Shown in pieces: positions 50,315 to 63,057 of a stretch of 64,000 bases of DNA (positions are counted from its first letter, which is position 1; the number at the start of each line of letters is the position of its first letter). The position numbers were made by a program, and so were the translations under genes. Where the stretch lies: the NCBI GenBank assembly GCA_003971905.1, contig RSEE01000052.1, forward strand, positions 248,001 through 312,000, written 5' to 3'. The notes beneath the pieces were generated by a model. It did no database searches. It saw nothing but the letters and a program-made list of their open reading frames with translations, and was not told the DNA's origin. Origin of the DNA: Moniliella sp. 'wahieum' (lineage: Eukaryota).

Positions 50315-53026
50315 ATGCCCACCGACTCCCCCGCCTCCGACGGCGCCCCCCGTCGCCCACGTCGCCCACCAACCCCTTCACGCGCAACCAGGATGCCGCC
50401 AAGCTCGCGCGTCTGATGCGCCGCGCCAGCCTTCAGTCGGGCGGATCCAACAGCGTCTTCCATGGCGACGACAGTGACGAGAGCGATTCGGAAGTGCTGC
50501 CGGTTCCGCCTCCCCCTGCCGATGAACCGCACGGCCAAGCCCAAGTCCCAGGTCCAGGCCCAGGCCCAGGCCAAGCCCACTGGTACAGCCCTTTCCGCCG
50601 CCCGTCGCGTCACAGCCATGGCGAATACGAGCTGCCGCTGCGGCCGCGTCTGCAGCCGGCGGGCTCGGACTTGGTCAACAAGCCCGGGCCAGACCAGTTG
50701 CCCGATGCTAGCGTGGTGTATGGTCGTCCCGATGCGCGTCAGCTGCGTCTTTCGTCGCCCAACACGGACCCGTTCAACCGGTCGCGCGGCATTGTGCGTA
50801 CTTATTCCTTGTCCCAGTCGCGGCAGCCTGCCGAGCGCAACAACGATACCATCATCCGTTCCCGGCGTCTGAGCCACGACCCGCAAGCGCCGGCTCCCCG
50901 CCGGTTCATTGTCGATGTGGACGATACGATGCAGCGCTTGCTGGCCCAAGAGGATTCGGATGGGAACTACCAAATCTCAATTACGGATGTGGGGCCCAAG
51001 GTGATGCAGCTGGGCACGGAGGAGCGAGGGGTACAATACGTTTGAGATTCGGGGCACGTACATGTTGTCCAACTTGCTCCAAGAGTTGGCCTTGGCTCAA
51101 GAGCACGGCCGGAAGCGCATTGTGCTGGACGAGGCGCGCTTGACGGAGAACCCGGTGGATCGGCTGTCGCGGATGATTGCCCAGTCCTTCTGGAACAACC
51201 TGACGCGGCGTATTGATGGCGACTCGTTGGAGGCCATCCTGTTGGACCCCAAGAACCGTTCCCAGTCCACCGCTTCCCGCATCTATGTGCCAGAAGCGGA
51301 CCGGGTCCAGGTGGATTACTACCGCCGCCTGGCCAAGGCCAAGCCGAGCTCGAGCTCGTGGTGGTGGAGCTTCCGCATATGAGTAAGGTAACGCCCGAGT
51401 TGGTGCGCGACTACAATGAGAAGCCTGGTCTGCTCGCTTTGGGCTATGGACGAGGTGGAGGACCCTGCTCACCCAGGCGAGAAGACGTTGCGGGGGAAAC
51501 CGTTTGTAGTGCCCGGCGCACGGTTCAACGAACTGTACAACTGGGATTCCTACTTTATCTCTCTCGGTCTGGTGGTGGACAACTACGTGTCGTTGGCCAA
51601 GTCCATCACGGAGAACTTTATCTACGAAATTGAGCACTATGCCAAGATCTTGAACGGGAACCGTACCTACTATCTTTTGCGATCGCAACCCCCGTTCTTG
51701 ACAGATTTGGCCTTGCAGGTCTATTGCCGCCTTGACCCGGCGGAGGCAGAGGCGAACCGAGTGTGGCTCAAGAAGGCGATTCAGGCGGCGATCAAGGAAT
51801 ACCACACGGTTTGGATGAGCCGCCCCCGCTACGACCCCAAGACTGGCTTGTCGCGCTACCACCCTATGGGGCTTGGCGTGCCACCCGAGACAGAGGCGTC
51901 GCACTTTACGCATATCCTGCGCCCTTACGCAGACCGGCTGGGGATCAGCATCAACGAGTACGTCGCCTTGCTGCCCCTTCCCCCCCCCCCCCGCCCCTGA
52001 GGATGCAAAAAAGAGGGAAACTGACCTAGGATGCGATGTACAGATATACGCGCAAGTATGACTATGGCGAGATCAAGGAGCCCGAGTTGGACGAGTACTT
52101 CCGTCACGACCGTGCGGTGCGGAGAGCGGACACGATACGACGTACCGGTTGGAGAAGCGGTGTGCCAACCTGGCGACGATTGATTTGCAAGCGCTGTTGT
52201 ACAAGTACGAGGTGGACATTGCGACGCGATTCGGGAGTTGTTTGACGATTCGCTCGAGTTGGAAGATTCGTTTGTGCTGGCCGGTCCCTTGCCGCCCAAC
52301 TGGAAGCACGCCCCGGCCGGCGTCGGCGATGGCTCGCAACGCCAGTCGACCGAAACGAAGCAAACGTCGGCGGAATGGTTTGCGCGTGCGGCCTACCGCA
52401 AGAAACAGGTCGATGCCCACAACTGGAACGAGGGCCGCGGGTTGTACTACGACTATGACACGGTAGAGGAGCAGCAGTCGCTCTATGAGTCTCCACTGCC
52501 TTTTGGCCATTGTGGTCGGGCATGGCGAGCGAAGAACAGGCTGCCAAGCTGGTGAGCAAGTCGCTCAAGAAGTTTGAGGTGCAGGGCGGCTTGGTATCGG
52601 GCACGGAAGAGTCGCGCGGTCGCATCTCGCTCGAACGGCCGAACCGCAATGGGATTACCCCTATGCATGGCCCCCGCACCAGATCCTGGCCTGGGTGGGC
52701 TTGGAGCGGTACGGGTACCTGACCGAGCGCGGCGCTTGGCCTACCGCTGGATCTACATGATGAGCACAGCGTTTGTCAACTTTAACGGCACGGTGCCGGA
52801 AAAGTTTGATGCGGTCAAGATGACCCATTTGGTCGATGCCGAGTACGGCAACCAAGGACTGGACTTTAAGTATGTCCCGCGCGAAGGGTTTGGATGGATG
52901 AACGCGTCGTTCCAGGTGGGCCTCACCTTCCTCACCAAGCACATGCGCCGTGCCGTGGCCCAAGGCCAGCACCCAGACACGTTCTTCAATACTGGCATTG
53001 AGTGGCCCAATGTGTTTGAGTACTAA
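50315..53026 (+). CDS. NTH1: Neutral trehalase (GH37), 1 intron, frameshifted
   Basis: PKA-type sites RRASL and RRLSHD, Ca-binding [67 protein letters not shown]. Intron 51958-52043. Confidence 0.96.
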
Positions 53027-53082
53027 ACGCGCAACGGAACATGTGTCTTGTTTTCTTTCCCCCAGCTCGGTCTCGTCTTTAT

Positions 53083-53143
53083 CCTTACCCTTACCCTTAC
53101 TCTTACCCTTTTGCCCTTGCCCTTGCCCTTGCCCATGCCCTTG
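53083..53143 (+). repeat. (CCCTTR)n hexamer array in the NTH1 3' region
   Basis: ccttacccttacccttactcttacccttttgcccttgcccttgcccttgcccatgcccttg. Confidence 0.8.
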
Positions 53144-54076
53144 CCAATCGATTCAGTCTCTATTTATGGACCAAGGACTGCAGACAGAATGTGACTACTA
53201 CCGTGTGACGTGTCTCGTGTGGAGAGGAGGCTGTGAGAGGGTGAAGCGCCAAACAGTCCAAGCCAGGCACGTTTTGGAGCATGGCGGGGGGCAGGTGAAG
53301 GTGTTGGATCCGCCTTCTCCCGACCGTTGGAAGGAACCGAGAAGAGAGCTTCCAGCACACCCAGGTCGCGGACTTGCCCATCGCCTAGTATGCCGTTCAG
53401 CCCTAGGGGCGGCTATGTTACATAGCCCAAGTTCCCAGTTGTCGGCTTACTCCCCCTCCCGCCCTCCCCTTGGGCTGGATATTAAGCACTGTCCACTGAG
53501 CCCACAAAATCTGCATCCGAATTTATTACTCATCGCTCGGCCCCCACCGAACCCTTTGGCTTTGCCAACAGTGCTCCACTAGTACAGTACGTCATTCACC
53601 TGATCAGGCCGCCGGCTCCCATCTCCACCTGGTTTTCGGCGCAACGCATCACCCATCGGGCTGCAGCTGCCCCATGCTCGAGGGAGACACGTGGCGCGGC
53701 TGAGCCTGCGCTGCCTATTCCTGCCACCTGCCACTGGCCACCTGCCGTGTCGCGTTGCTGCCTGGATCCACTGCCTGGTGCACCGAGGGCGGTGACCACT
53801 GTAACGAGCTGTCCCTAGGCACAGGCGCAGGGGTAGCGGTCCCTGAGAGGCAGGGTGGAAGCTATGGGGCCAAGCTGGAGGGATGTCACGTTCGCATTGA
53901 CCGTATGCTAGCCTCGCCCGCGCCCCGCCCACACTCCCTCAAGGCAGGAGCGGAGAGGGAGTTTGCACAATGGATTGGGTGGGCAGACGCAGGCAATCTG
54001 TTCCTCCATCTGCCGATAGGGGGGCTACGGATGGGATGGGATTGAATGGGAGGCGAGGCAAGGCGCAGCGCGCGGC

Positions 54077-54441
54077 TTAGGGGGTCAGGTTGCCGGCAAA
54101 GTTGCCCTCCTCGCGCTGCTCGTCCCACTTCTCAACCTGGGGGGAGAGGGCGCAGGTTAGGCCACGCTGCCAGACGAACAACGGGGGCAGACGGAAGGGA
54201 GAGAAGAGAAGAGAAAAGAACAGGAAAGGCAAGGGAAGCAAGAACACGTACCCAGTCGACGGGGCAGATGGAGTTGTACACGCGCGAAAACTGCTGGCAC
54301 GGGGTGAACTCCTCGCCCTTGGCGGGCGACGCACTTGAAGTAGTCGGTGTAGGCCTGGAAGCAGCGCTTGGTCTGGTTCTGGTTGGGGAAGCGGGCGTCA
54401 AAGGGCGCGGTCTGGAGCACGATCTGGGGTGTTTCGGACAT
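54077..54441 (-). CDS. COX12: Cytochrome c oxidase subunit VIb, 1 intron, 1 frameshift
   Basis: [63 protein letters not shown]. Intron 54251-54137. Confidence 0.96.
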
Positions 54442-54868
54442 GGTCACGGGCTCACAAGTGGTGGAGAAGGGGAGACGGCGATGCTGCGGGCGGGCGAGCG
54501 GCGGTAGTGCGCGGGCGCCTGCCGCCCAAGCTAACCCTGCGCTGCCCGGCGCGCCGACACTGCCCCGCGCCTCCACCGCTAGGTTACTAATGCAGCCCCC
54601 GCAACGCGCCAGTGTGGGCGCCATCGGTGCAAGTGGCCCGAGTCAGCGCATCAGCGCATCAGCCATCCGCGCATCAGCGTTCAGCGCCTCAGCCCCCACT
54701 CACGTGACGCGCACGTGACCAGTTCCAATCCATCGGCATCGGTTGCAAATAGCGACTCGCCCCCCCAGACCCAGATGCAATGCAGAATCGCCGGGGGTGG
54801 CTTAGCTAAGCACGGCCGCTCCCCGCCGCCGCCGCGTCTTTCCCCTGCGCCACCACCTGCCCGCCGCC

Positions 54869-56060
54869 ATGGACACCCTCAAGGCAGCCCTGGCTGAGAA
54901 ACGCAAGGCCCACGACGCCGATCTGTCCCAGGCCGGCCTGCAGGCCAAAAAGTTTGTTCGACGAGGCGATGTGCGCCAGGCACAGGAGGAGCACGACGCA
55001 CGGCTCCGTGCCCAGCGCGAGGCCGAGCGACAAGCCGAACGCGACAAGCGACAAGCCGAGCTAGACGCCGCGCGGGCCCGGTTCCATCGCAAGAAACCTT
55101 CTGCGCCTGCCGTGCCATCTGCCGACGCGACCGAGGCGGAGGATACCCCCGAAGCCGGCGCCAACTTCCAAGTATCGGATGAGGAGGCGATGCGCCGTCT
55201 CCGGGCCCGCGGCGAGCCCATCCGTCTGTTTGGCGAGACAGCCAAGGTGCGAGTCTTCGTCTGCGCGCCCTCGAGCTCATGGAGCAACGTGGCGACAAAG
55301 TCGGCCAAAATGACTTTATGGCAGCAATGGGACGCGCAGAACAGACCGAGGCCGAAAAGACACTGGCCAAGCAACCCGATCTGGTCAAGGCGGGTGCCCC
55401 GGAGCAGAATTCGGCCTCGGGATCCCACACCAAAGGCAAGGGCAAGTACCGCGAGGGCGCCAACATGCAGTCAGTCCTAGACTTGTCATTGATCCAGACG
55501 GACGAAGCGAAAGTCTACCCGTTGATCTACTATTTCCTCAAGAGCCTCCTTCAAGAGTGGGCCGACACACTCGCTGCGCGCCCGGACGATGTACGTGCTT
55601 CGGTCGCGGGTAAGATGGCAGCTGCAACACAGGTCCAGTCCGAGTCGTACCTCAAACCCTTGTTTAAGCAACTGCGGCATCGAGTACGTCCCCCGTCCCC
55701 CCCCCGCCCGCCCTAGACGCACGTGGTTTTGACTAGTGAGATCGGGCACTAACTCTACCACAGACACTTCCATCCGACATGCTCTTGCGGATTGCAGAGA
55801 TTGTGCATTTTCCAGAAGCGTGAGTACCGGCACGCCAACGACTCGTACCTTCAACTTAGCATTGGCAATGCGCCTTGGCCCATTGGCGCGACCAGTGTCG
55901 GCATCCACGAACGGTCCGGTCGGGAAAAAATCTTTTCGTCCAAGATCGCACATGTGCTGAACGACGAGGAGACACGCAAGTACATCCAGTCGCTCAAGCG
56001 CCTCATGACTTTTACCCAAACCCAGTACCCGCCCGATGACGTGAGTATTTGATGGGCTAG
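54869..56060 (+). CDS. PRP18: Pre-mRNA splicing factor Prp18, 1 intron, frameshifted
   Basis: [15 protein letters not shown] (PRP4-like motif), [60 protein letters not shown]. Intron 55684-55763. End likely ..LMG* at 56060 after an indel. Confidence 0.95.
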
Positions 56061-56905
56061 GAACGGGTGGGATTGTTGTACACTATCGGCTCGCGCGCCA
56101 ACGGCACTTGTTTCAATGCATACACACACCCTTATCGCGGCATGGTCCGGTGCTAGATGTCATGGTAGGCGCGCACGGGGCAGAGCCTTCACCGTATCGC
56201 TGCCCGCATTTTCTCCTTCCTGCCGCAGGCAGCACCACCCGCAGAGGGTGCTGTATCCCGGCGAGAGAAAACCACGCCGGGAACACCATGACCAATGGGG
56301 AACGGAGCGCGACCATGCTTTCGCGCGCCACAGCGCGGAGGCGAGCACAGCACAATTTGCCCCTCTCGACTTTCTGAGCCGCGTAGGCGAGCGCACACCG
56401 GGTAGGGAATGGGGCGCGCTTTGCTGCTGCAGTTCTCAGTTCGCGTTTTGGGGGGTGTGGGCTGGGGGCGGAACGGGCGTTCCGCTCTGGTGCCCCGCAC
56501 GCAGCCGGGGGGGGGGGGTAGGGTTGGCGGAGGGCATGGGGTGATGTGATGCATGATGCATGGTGGCACTGTGCCACTGCGTATTGCGTACTGAATACGC
56601 ATGGCGGCAGGGACCGCATTAGACGCCCGCACACTGGCGCTGCGCCGGTGCGGAAACGACGCTGCAGCGCGCGGTGCGCCGCCGTGCCCTCTGCGCGCTG
56701 CCAGGCACACGCCCACACTCGGCCTGCGCTGGCGGCCCGTGCTAAGCGCTAAGGCCAGCGCATGCAGCAGGCCTGATTAGATAGAGTACTCGCCGCGGCC
56801 CAGCTGCTCAGCCTGCCCCCCACAGCCCGTGCTTCTTAAGCGCCCCCCCCCTCGTCCGCGCCTTCCGTCGGCCCCCTGTCTCGTCTCTCCCCGACGCCGC
56901 GTACC

Positions 56906-58439
56906 ATGTCGATGCTCTCCATCCCCTCGCCCTCGGGCGCCACGCTGCAAACGCCCAGCGGCATCTTCATCAACAACCAGTTCCACCCTGCCGTCGAGCG
57001 CCAGACCTTTGACACGTTCAACCCCGCCACCGGCGAGGTGCTGGCCGTCATGCAGCGCGGCACGGCCGCTGATGTGGATTTGGCTGTCGAAGCGGCCCAG
57101 AAGGCGTTCGCCACCACCTGGGGCCGGCACAGCACGCCGCTCGGTCGGGCCGAGCTGCTGTTCAAGCTGGCCGATCTCATCGACCAGAATGCCAAGCAAC
57201 TCGCCGAGCTCGAGGCGCTGGATGGCGGCAAGCCGCGCTGGGTCGCCGAGACGATGGACATTGCGGATGCAGCGGGATGTTTCCGGTACTATGCCGGCTT
57301 GGCCGACAAAGTATCGGGCCGGACGATTGAGATTGATGAGCAGCAACGCTGGGCGTACACCAAGATTGAGCCCATTGGCGTGTGCGGCGCCATCATCCCG
57401 TGGAACTACCCGATTGGCATGCTGTCCTGGAAGCTGGCCCCGGCGTTGGCGGCGGGCAACTGTGTGGTGCTCAAGCCGGCGGAGCAGACGCCGGTCACTG
57501 CGCTCAAGATTGCCGAGTTGGTCGTCGAGGCCGGCTTCCCGCCCGGTGTGCTGTCCGTGGTCAATGGCTTTGGTGCCGATGTAGGGCGGCGATTGCAAGC
57601 CACAAGGGGATTGACAAGGTGGCCTTTACCGGCTCGACTGTGACCGGCCGCAAGATTATGGAGTCGGCAGCCAAGTCCAACCTCAAGAAGATCACGCTCG
57701 AATTGGGCGGCAAGTCGCCCGTGATGGTATTTAATGATGTGGACTTGGACCAGGCCGTGCCCTGGGTCGCGCTGGCGCTCATGTTCAACATGGGCCAGGA
57801 CTGTACCGCGGGCACGCGGTTGTTTGTCCAGAGTGGAATTTACGACGAGTTTATGGCGCGCTTGCTCACGGCGCTGCAGGAACATGGCATTGGCGACCCC
57901 TTTAACGACAACACCTTCCAAGGCCCCCAGATCTCCAAGGCGCAGCAGGACAAGATCTTGCACTACATTGAATTGGGCAAGAAGGAGGCCAAACTGGAAC
58001 TCGGTGGCGGCGTCTGGCCTGGCGCCAAGGGGACCAAGTTTGAAAAGGGGTACGGGTCGCGCCCACTGTCTTTTCGGGCTGCAAGACCGGATGCGGATTG
58101 TGGACGATGAGATCTTTGGTCCGGTTTTGGCCGTGGCCAAATTTGACACGGAGGAAGAGGCGATCGCGCTCGGCAACAATACCGACTACGGTTTGGGCGC
58201 CGGTGTGTTTGCGGGGACATGGGCACCATTATGCGCGTCACGGGCGCCATCCAAGCGGGCACGGTATGGGTCAACAATTACGCCATCTTGTCCAACGGCG
58301 TGCCGTTTGGGGGTACAAGGCTTCGGGCATGGGCCGCGAATTGGGCATCGAGGGCATCAAGGAGTACACCAACACCAAGTCGGTCCACCTCAACTTTAAC
58401 GAGAACCTGCCTTGGCCACCAACGCTGGCGCGCATGTAA
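56906..58439 (+). CDS. NAD(P)-dependent aldehyde dehydrogenase (ALDH1/2-like), frameshifted
   Basis: [27 protein letters not shown] (catalytic Glu), GQDCTAG (catalytic Cys), EIFGPV, GRELG. Confidence 0.96.
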
Positions 58440-59065
58440 CCCGTTTCGGGTGCCGGATACCCGAGATTGGAGAATCGATCATCGATACGCCTCCTCGCCT
58501 GTTGCATGGTAGTTTACAATTTACCTTGCTAGGTCCACTGCAGATGCACATCTTTGGGGGGGGGTTGCAATGCAGCGCACCAACCGAGGATATAGCAATA
58601 GGAGCATGTAGATTGAGGCGTAAAGGCCGAGTCTCAGTCTGAAGGATATAGTCTGAGGATCTGAGGATCTGAAGCCCAATGCGTCACGCGGATGACCAAG
58701 TTTTGCCGCGAACCAAGCACTTGGAACACAAACGCTGCAATACCGAAATGTATTACCCCTTCGCCCTGCCACCCTGCCCCGTCTCCTATTGTTCTTGCCC
58801 AATGTCACCATCGCGCCACTCCCGATCCGCCTTGCATTGTATCCCCCAATCCCCGCTCTTGCGTTTGAAACAGAGAAGGGGCGGCACTTTGGACCCCTCA
58901 GCTCCGGCACTCCGGGCTGGGGCCCCTCACGCTCAGGCTGAGGCCCCAGGCCCCAGGCCCCCTCGATTCTTGGCACCGCGGCTTCTCGCCGACGCACAGG
59001 GGCGGGGTAGCAAGTGCGTCGCCGATGGTAGGGCGCGCAGCGACATGCCAACCGGAGCAGCAGCA

Positions 59066-59096
<31 letters not shown>

Positions 59097-59264
59097 TGGC
59101 GGCGGTGGAAGCGAAACTCCCCGGCTGAGTGCGGCGAAACCGGCGGATCTTGGCGGTCTCAGATCTCACTGACAATTGCTCGTCTCTCTCGTCGATCATC
59201 GATCACGCATCTCGTGCAGCCGACATCACGCGTCACGCACGTGTAACATGTAACGCTTGGCGGA

Positions 59265-59299
59265 TAAACGCGGTAAACGGTAAACGTTAAACGTTAAAC
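59265..59299 (+). repeat. (TAAACGK)n heptamer array
   Basis: taaacgcggtaaacggtaaacgttaaacgttaaac. Confidence 0.75.
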
Positions 59300-60851
59300 C
59301 AAAATAGAAGCACGTCGCTTGCCAGTTGTTGTCATGGGTGTCAGACCTCAGCCTCAGTACCAGTACTGAGTTGAGTACACTCAAGTACACTCATACTCAA
59401 CACAGTACTCCGTGTATTCAGTCGCATGTTCATGCATCTTGTTACATGTTACCGGGTACCGTAACCGGCAAATGACACGCATGTCACAGGCACTAGTCAC
59501 TCCAGTCACTCTAGTCACTGGTCACTAGGTCACTAATAATCGTAATGACTGATGGCCTGTCACCATGTCACCGGCCAGACACTAGTCACCGGTCACCGAG
59601 GATGGCTGCCAGGGCTAGGAGTGCTAGAGTAGCTACGATAGCTAGGGTCCAGAACGGCCCTGTACCAGCACAGGCAGAAGCAGTTGGGCCTACCAGTCCT
59701 CCGAATGAGCTCGGATGTACTCGCCTGGCAACTTGCAGTCCCTTGCTCCGGGCAGCTTGCTGCTTGAGAACTTGTCAAGTGAAGTGACCGGTGACCGTGA
59801 CCGGTGAATTAACGACGGAAAGGGGTTCGCGCTCGCTTACTTGTGCCGCTGAACGCCAACGTACCAAACGGTGAATCTTTGTGAGATCACATTGAAACCA
59901 GCGCCAGGCGAGACTGCCAGTCGGTTGTCTCCCCCTTGGGCATCTGCCACGTCTTCCCCACCCCCACTGTCCATCTCTGGACAAGAGGTCAGTGATCGTA
60001 GCGCAGCCCAGTGCCCATCGCTCGACGCACAAGGTGGAGGCACTCGGATGTGGCTTGAAGCTTGAGTGGCTTTGGCTTTGTGTTCATGCATCAGCATCAT
60101 GCATGCGCCACAATTGGCCGGCCGGCGGCGTTGCCGGTACGTGCCACGAATGGGTCCAAATAGCCCAAGTGGTTGAGTTGGGAGCTGCAACGTCGTGAAC
60201 AGCTTCAACGTTGGACCAGTGTGCGGCGAGTTCCGTTTTGCAACGCCGCCATGGCCGGGTTACCAGGTAGTCTTGGTCGTTACCGTTTCGCACAGGAACA
60301 ATTGTTAATTGCCTCACGTGTCACATGTCACACCCCGTCGTGAGTTGGAAACCGCGTGCCTGGTGGGGCTACTTGGAGTGACGCAAGTGAAGTGACGCTG
60401 GTGACGCGTGACTTGAGCGCGCTAGCGCGTGGCCGAGACGCAGCAAGGCGCAGGAGCCGAGCCAGGCCGCCAAGCACGCTGGGTGGTGGATGGGATGATG
60501 CGCCCAGATCGCAGGCAGGGCTGCCTAGCAGGCCACGTTCGATTCCGATTCAGACTCAGATCCAGACGTCAGATCATCGAGCGCCCCGTGTGTTGGATGG
60601 CTGGGCTCCGGGCTCCCGCCGCCTGGCCGGCTGGCCGAGCGGCGTGGCGCGCAGTGCGTCGGCCACCCTCCCACACTGCTGTGGTGCCGGTGGGCTGAGG
60701 TAAGCACAGCGTCCGCTTGTGCTGGGCGCGAATGTGGCGCGCTGGGCGCACTGCCATCTGCGTCTCTCTCTCTTGCTGCTCCTCCTCCTCCTTCTGCCTG
60801 CCGCCGCTCCTCCTGCCTCTGCCCCTCCACTCGTTTGATACCCGCCCCCCC

Positions 60852-62283
60852 ATGTCGTCTGCCTACGGCCCCCTCGGCCCCGTCTTCCGCATCGCCCCTG
60901 GCATCCAGAACTACGACTGGGGCATCCCTGGCCGCGCCCCCTCGTCGCCCACTATGCCTACGACGGCACCGGCCCCCAGTGGTTCGCCCAGCCGTATGAC
61001 CCCGACAAACCCTACGCCGAGGTATGTTGCTCCTCTCTCCGCGTGCCCGTCCCCGTTGCTCACCCCCCCCCCCCTCTGGACAGCTGTGGATGGGCTGCCA
61101 TCCCTCCGTGCCCAGCTACGCCATGCCAGCCGGTGCGGTACCCGCGCCATCGGCGCGCCAGGCCCTCGGGCCCTATCTCCTTGCCCACCCTGCTTTGCTG
61201 TCGGACGCAGTGATTTCCAAGTACCACATCGACCTCCACGGCGACACGACCAACTCGCCTCTCCCTTTCCTCTTCAAGGTGCTGAGCGTGGGCAAGGCGC
61301 TCTCGATCCAAGCCCATCCCGACAAGGCCTTGGCTGAGCAGCTGCACCGCGCCCACCCTACGATCTACAAGGACGACAATCACAAGCCTGAGATGGCCGT
61401 TGCTCTCACCGAGTTCCACGGCTTTTGTGGCTTCCGTCCCCTATCGGAAATCCTCGTGTTCCTGCGCGAAGTAGCCGAACTGCGCCAGCTGGTCGTCCGT
61501 GTGTCGGGAACGGAGGGAAAGCGTGCTGCTTGCTCGACTGGAGGCAGCAGCCAGGCCTTCTTCCCCGCAAGACGAGCACAAAGCCGCACTGCGCACTGTA
61601 TTTGAAGCAGTGATGACAGCGCCCGAAGCGCTGGTGCGCACGACGATTGAGGCGCTGCTAGCCCGCTACCAGACATCCACCTTGGCCCCTTCCGAGGCCC
61701 ACGATACGCCGACCATCAAAGAGGAAATTCTTATGCTGCAAGCGCAGTTCCCTTACGACGTGGGGCTGCTCTGCACCTTCCTCCTCAACAATGTCCGCCT
61801 CGCCCCGGGGGAAGCGCTATTCCTTGGTGCCAACGAGCCCCATGCGTATCTGTCGGGGGAAATTACCGAGTGCATGGCCGCGAGCGATAATGTGGTTCGC
61901 GCTGGCCTCACGCCCAAATTGCGCGATACGCCCACCCTGGTCAAGATGCTCACCTACGACGATACCCCCCCGAAGGCAAGCGGATGATCCCGACGCCCTA
62001 CCCTGGTTCGGGCATGGGCCGAACCATGCTGTACCAGCCGCCGATCGATGAATTCCGCGTGCTGCGGACGAGCCTGCCGGGCGTGCCGGAACGCCATGCG
62101 CCAATTGCAGGTCCTTCGGTGGTACTCTGCACCCAAGGTTCGGTAACGATGGAATTTGAAGGCGGATCGCTCCATCTTCCCGATGGCGGGGTAGCGTTTG
62201 TCGCGCCCGCGGTCGCCATCACGTTTACCCCCGACCAGGACGCGATTGTGTTTCGCGCATTTGTCGAGGTGCCGCCACTGTGA
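60852..62283 (+). CDS. PMI40: Mannose-6-phosphate isomerase (type I PMI), 1 intron, frameshifted
   Basis: QNYDWG, PYAE|LWMG, LPFLFKVLSVGKALSIQAHPDK, YKDDNHKPEM, GFRP, EPHAYLSG..ECMAASDNVVRAGLTPK, YQPPIDEF. Intron 61022-61083. Confidence 0.96.
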
Positions 62284-62757
62284 ACCAGGCCAACGGACCT
62301 CCAAGTGCCTATTTTTTTTTCGTCGATTTTTGTCTGTGCGTAATGCAGTATGGGATGTTTTCTCTTGTGCTACTAGATCTGGGCGAATGCGGTTACGCTT
62401 CACCACGAGCGGGGGACCGGGGGGGGGGGTGGAGGCAGGAACGCTACAGGGCCCGTCAACGACATGAAAGGGCAGGATATGATGCGAATGGGGGATTAGT
62501 AGAAGCAATTCCCATGATTATCCCAGAGGGCGCTTCGCCTACACAACGCAAAAGGGAAGTTTTTTTTTCCTTTGTCTTCGAGGGCACAAAAGATGGGACT
62601 GGTGCCACAGGGGGGGTAAACCCGTAGGCACGCTACTAAGACAGCGCTAGTAGGATGGTGGCCAACTCCAACGCCGCTCTTCTGCGTCTTCAACCCCATC
62701 TCGCCGGTCCATGGTCCCAGGACCATCAACGACACTGTTTCCACCTGGGCCGATAGC

Positions 62758-62804
62758 GCAGTAGACACCGCACCGCAAATCTCTGCAGTAGACACCGCAC
62801 CGCA
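62758..62804 (+). repeat. 20-bp direct repeat (period 27)
   Basis: gcagtagacaccgcaccgca at 62758-62777 and 62785-62804. Confidence 0.85.
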
Positions 62805-63000
62805 GGACGCGGACTAGTGGCCTGCGGTCCCAATCCCAGCTCTTGTTCCCCAGCTCTCTCTGCCTTCCCTCACTCACCTCCTTACCCATGACAGCGAGGG
62901 TGGCGCCAACGGTTTGTCCAGGTCCAGGTCCAGGTCCAGGTCCAACACACCACCGCGCACAAGCCTGATGTGCTTGTCTCCCCACTTTTTTTCCTCCCCT

Positions 63001-63057
63001 CTCCACTCTCCCACTCTCCACTCTCCACTCTCCACTCTCCACTCTCACTCTCCACTC
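63001..63057 (+). repeat. (CTCCACT)n heptamer array, about 8 units
   Basis: Near-perfect tandem ctccact units with two single-base indels. Confidence 0.9.

Noticed and set aside
54531..54538. CTAACCCT as a telomerase RNA template or interstitial telomere
   Set aside because: A single short match in a promoter; better explained as a factor-binding site or chance.
56041..56046. GTGAGT as an extra PRP18 intron donor
   Set aside because: The sequence reads as coding V-S followed by LMG* with one indel, a plausible Prp18 C-terminus, so no intron is needed.
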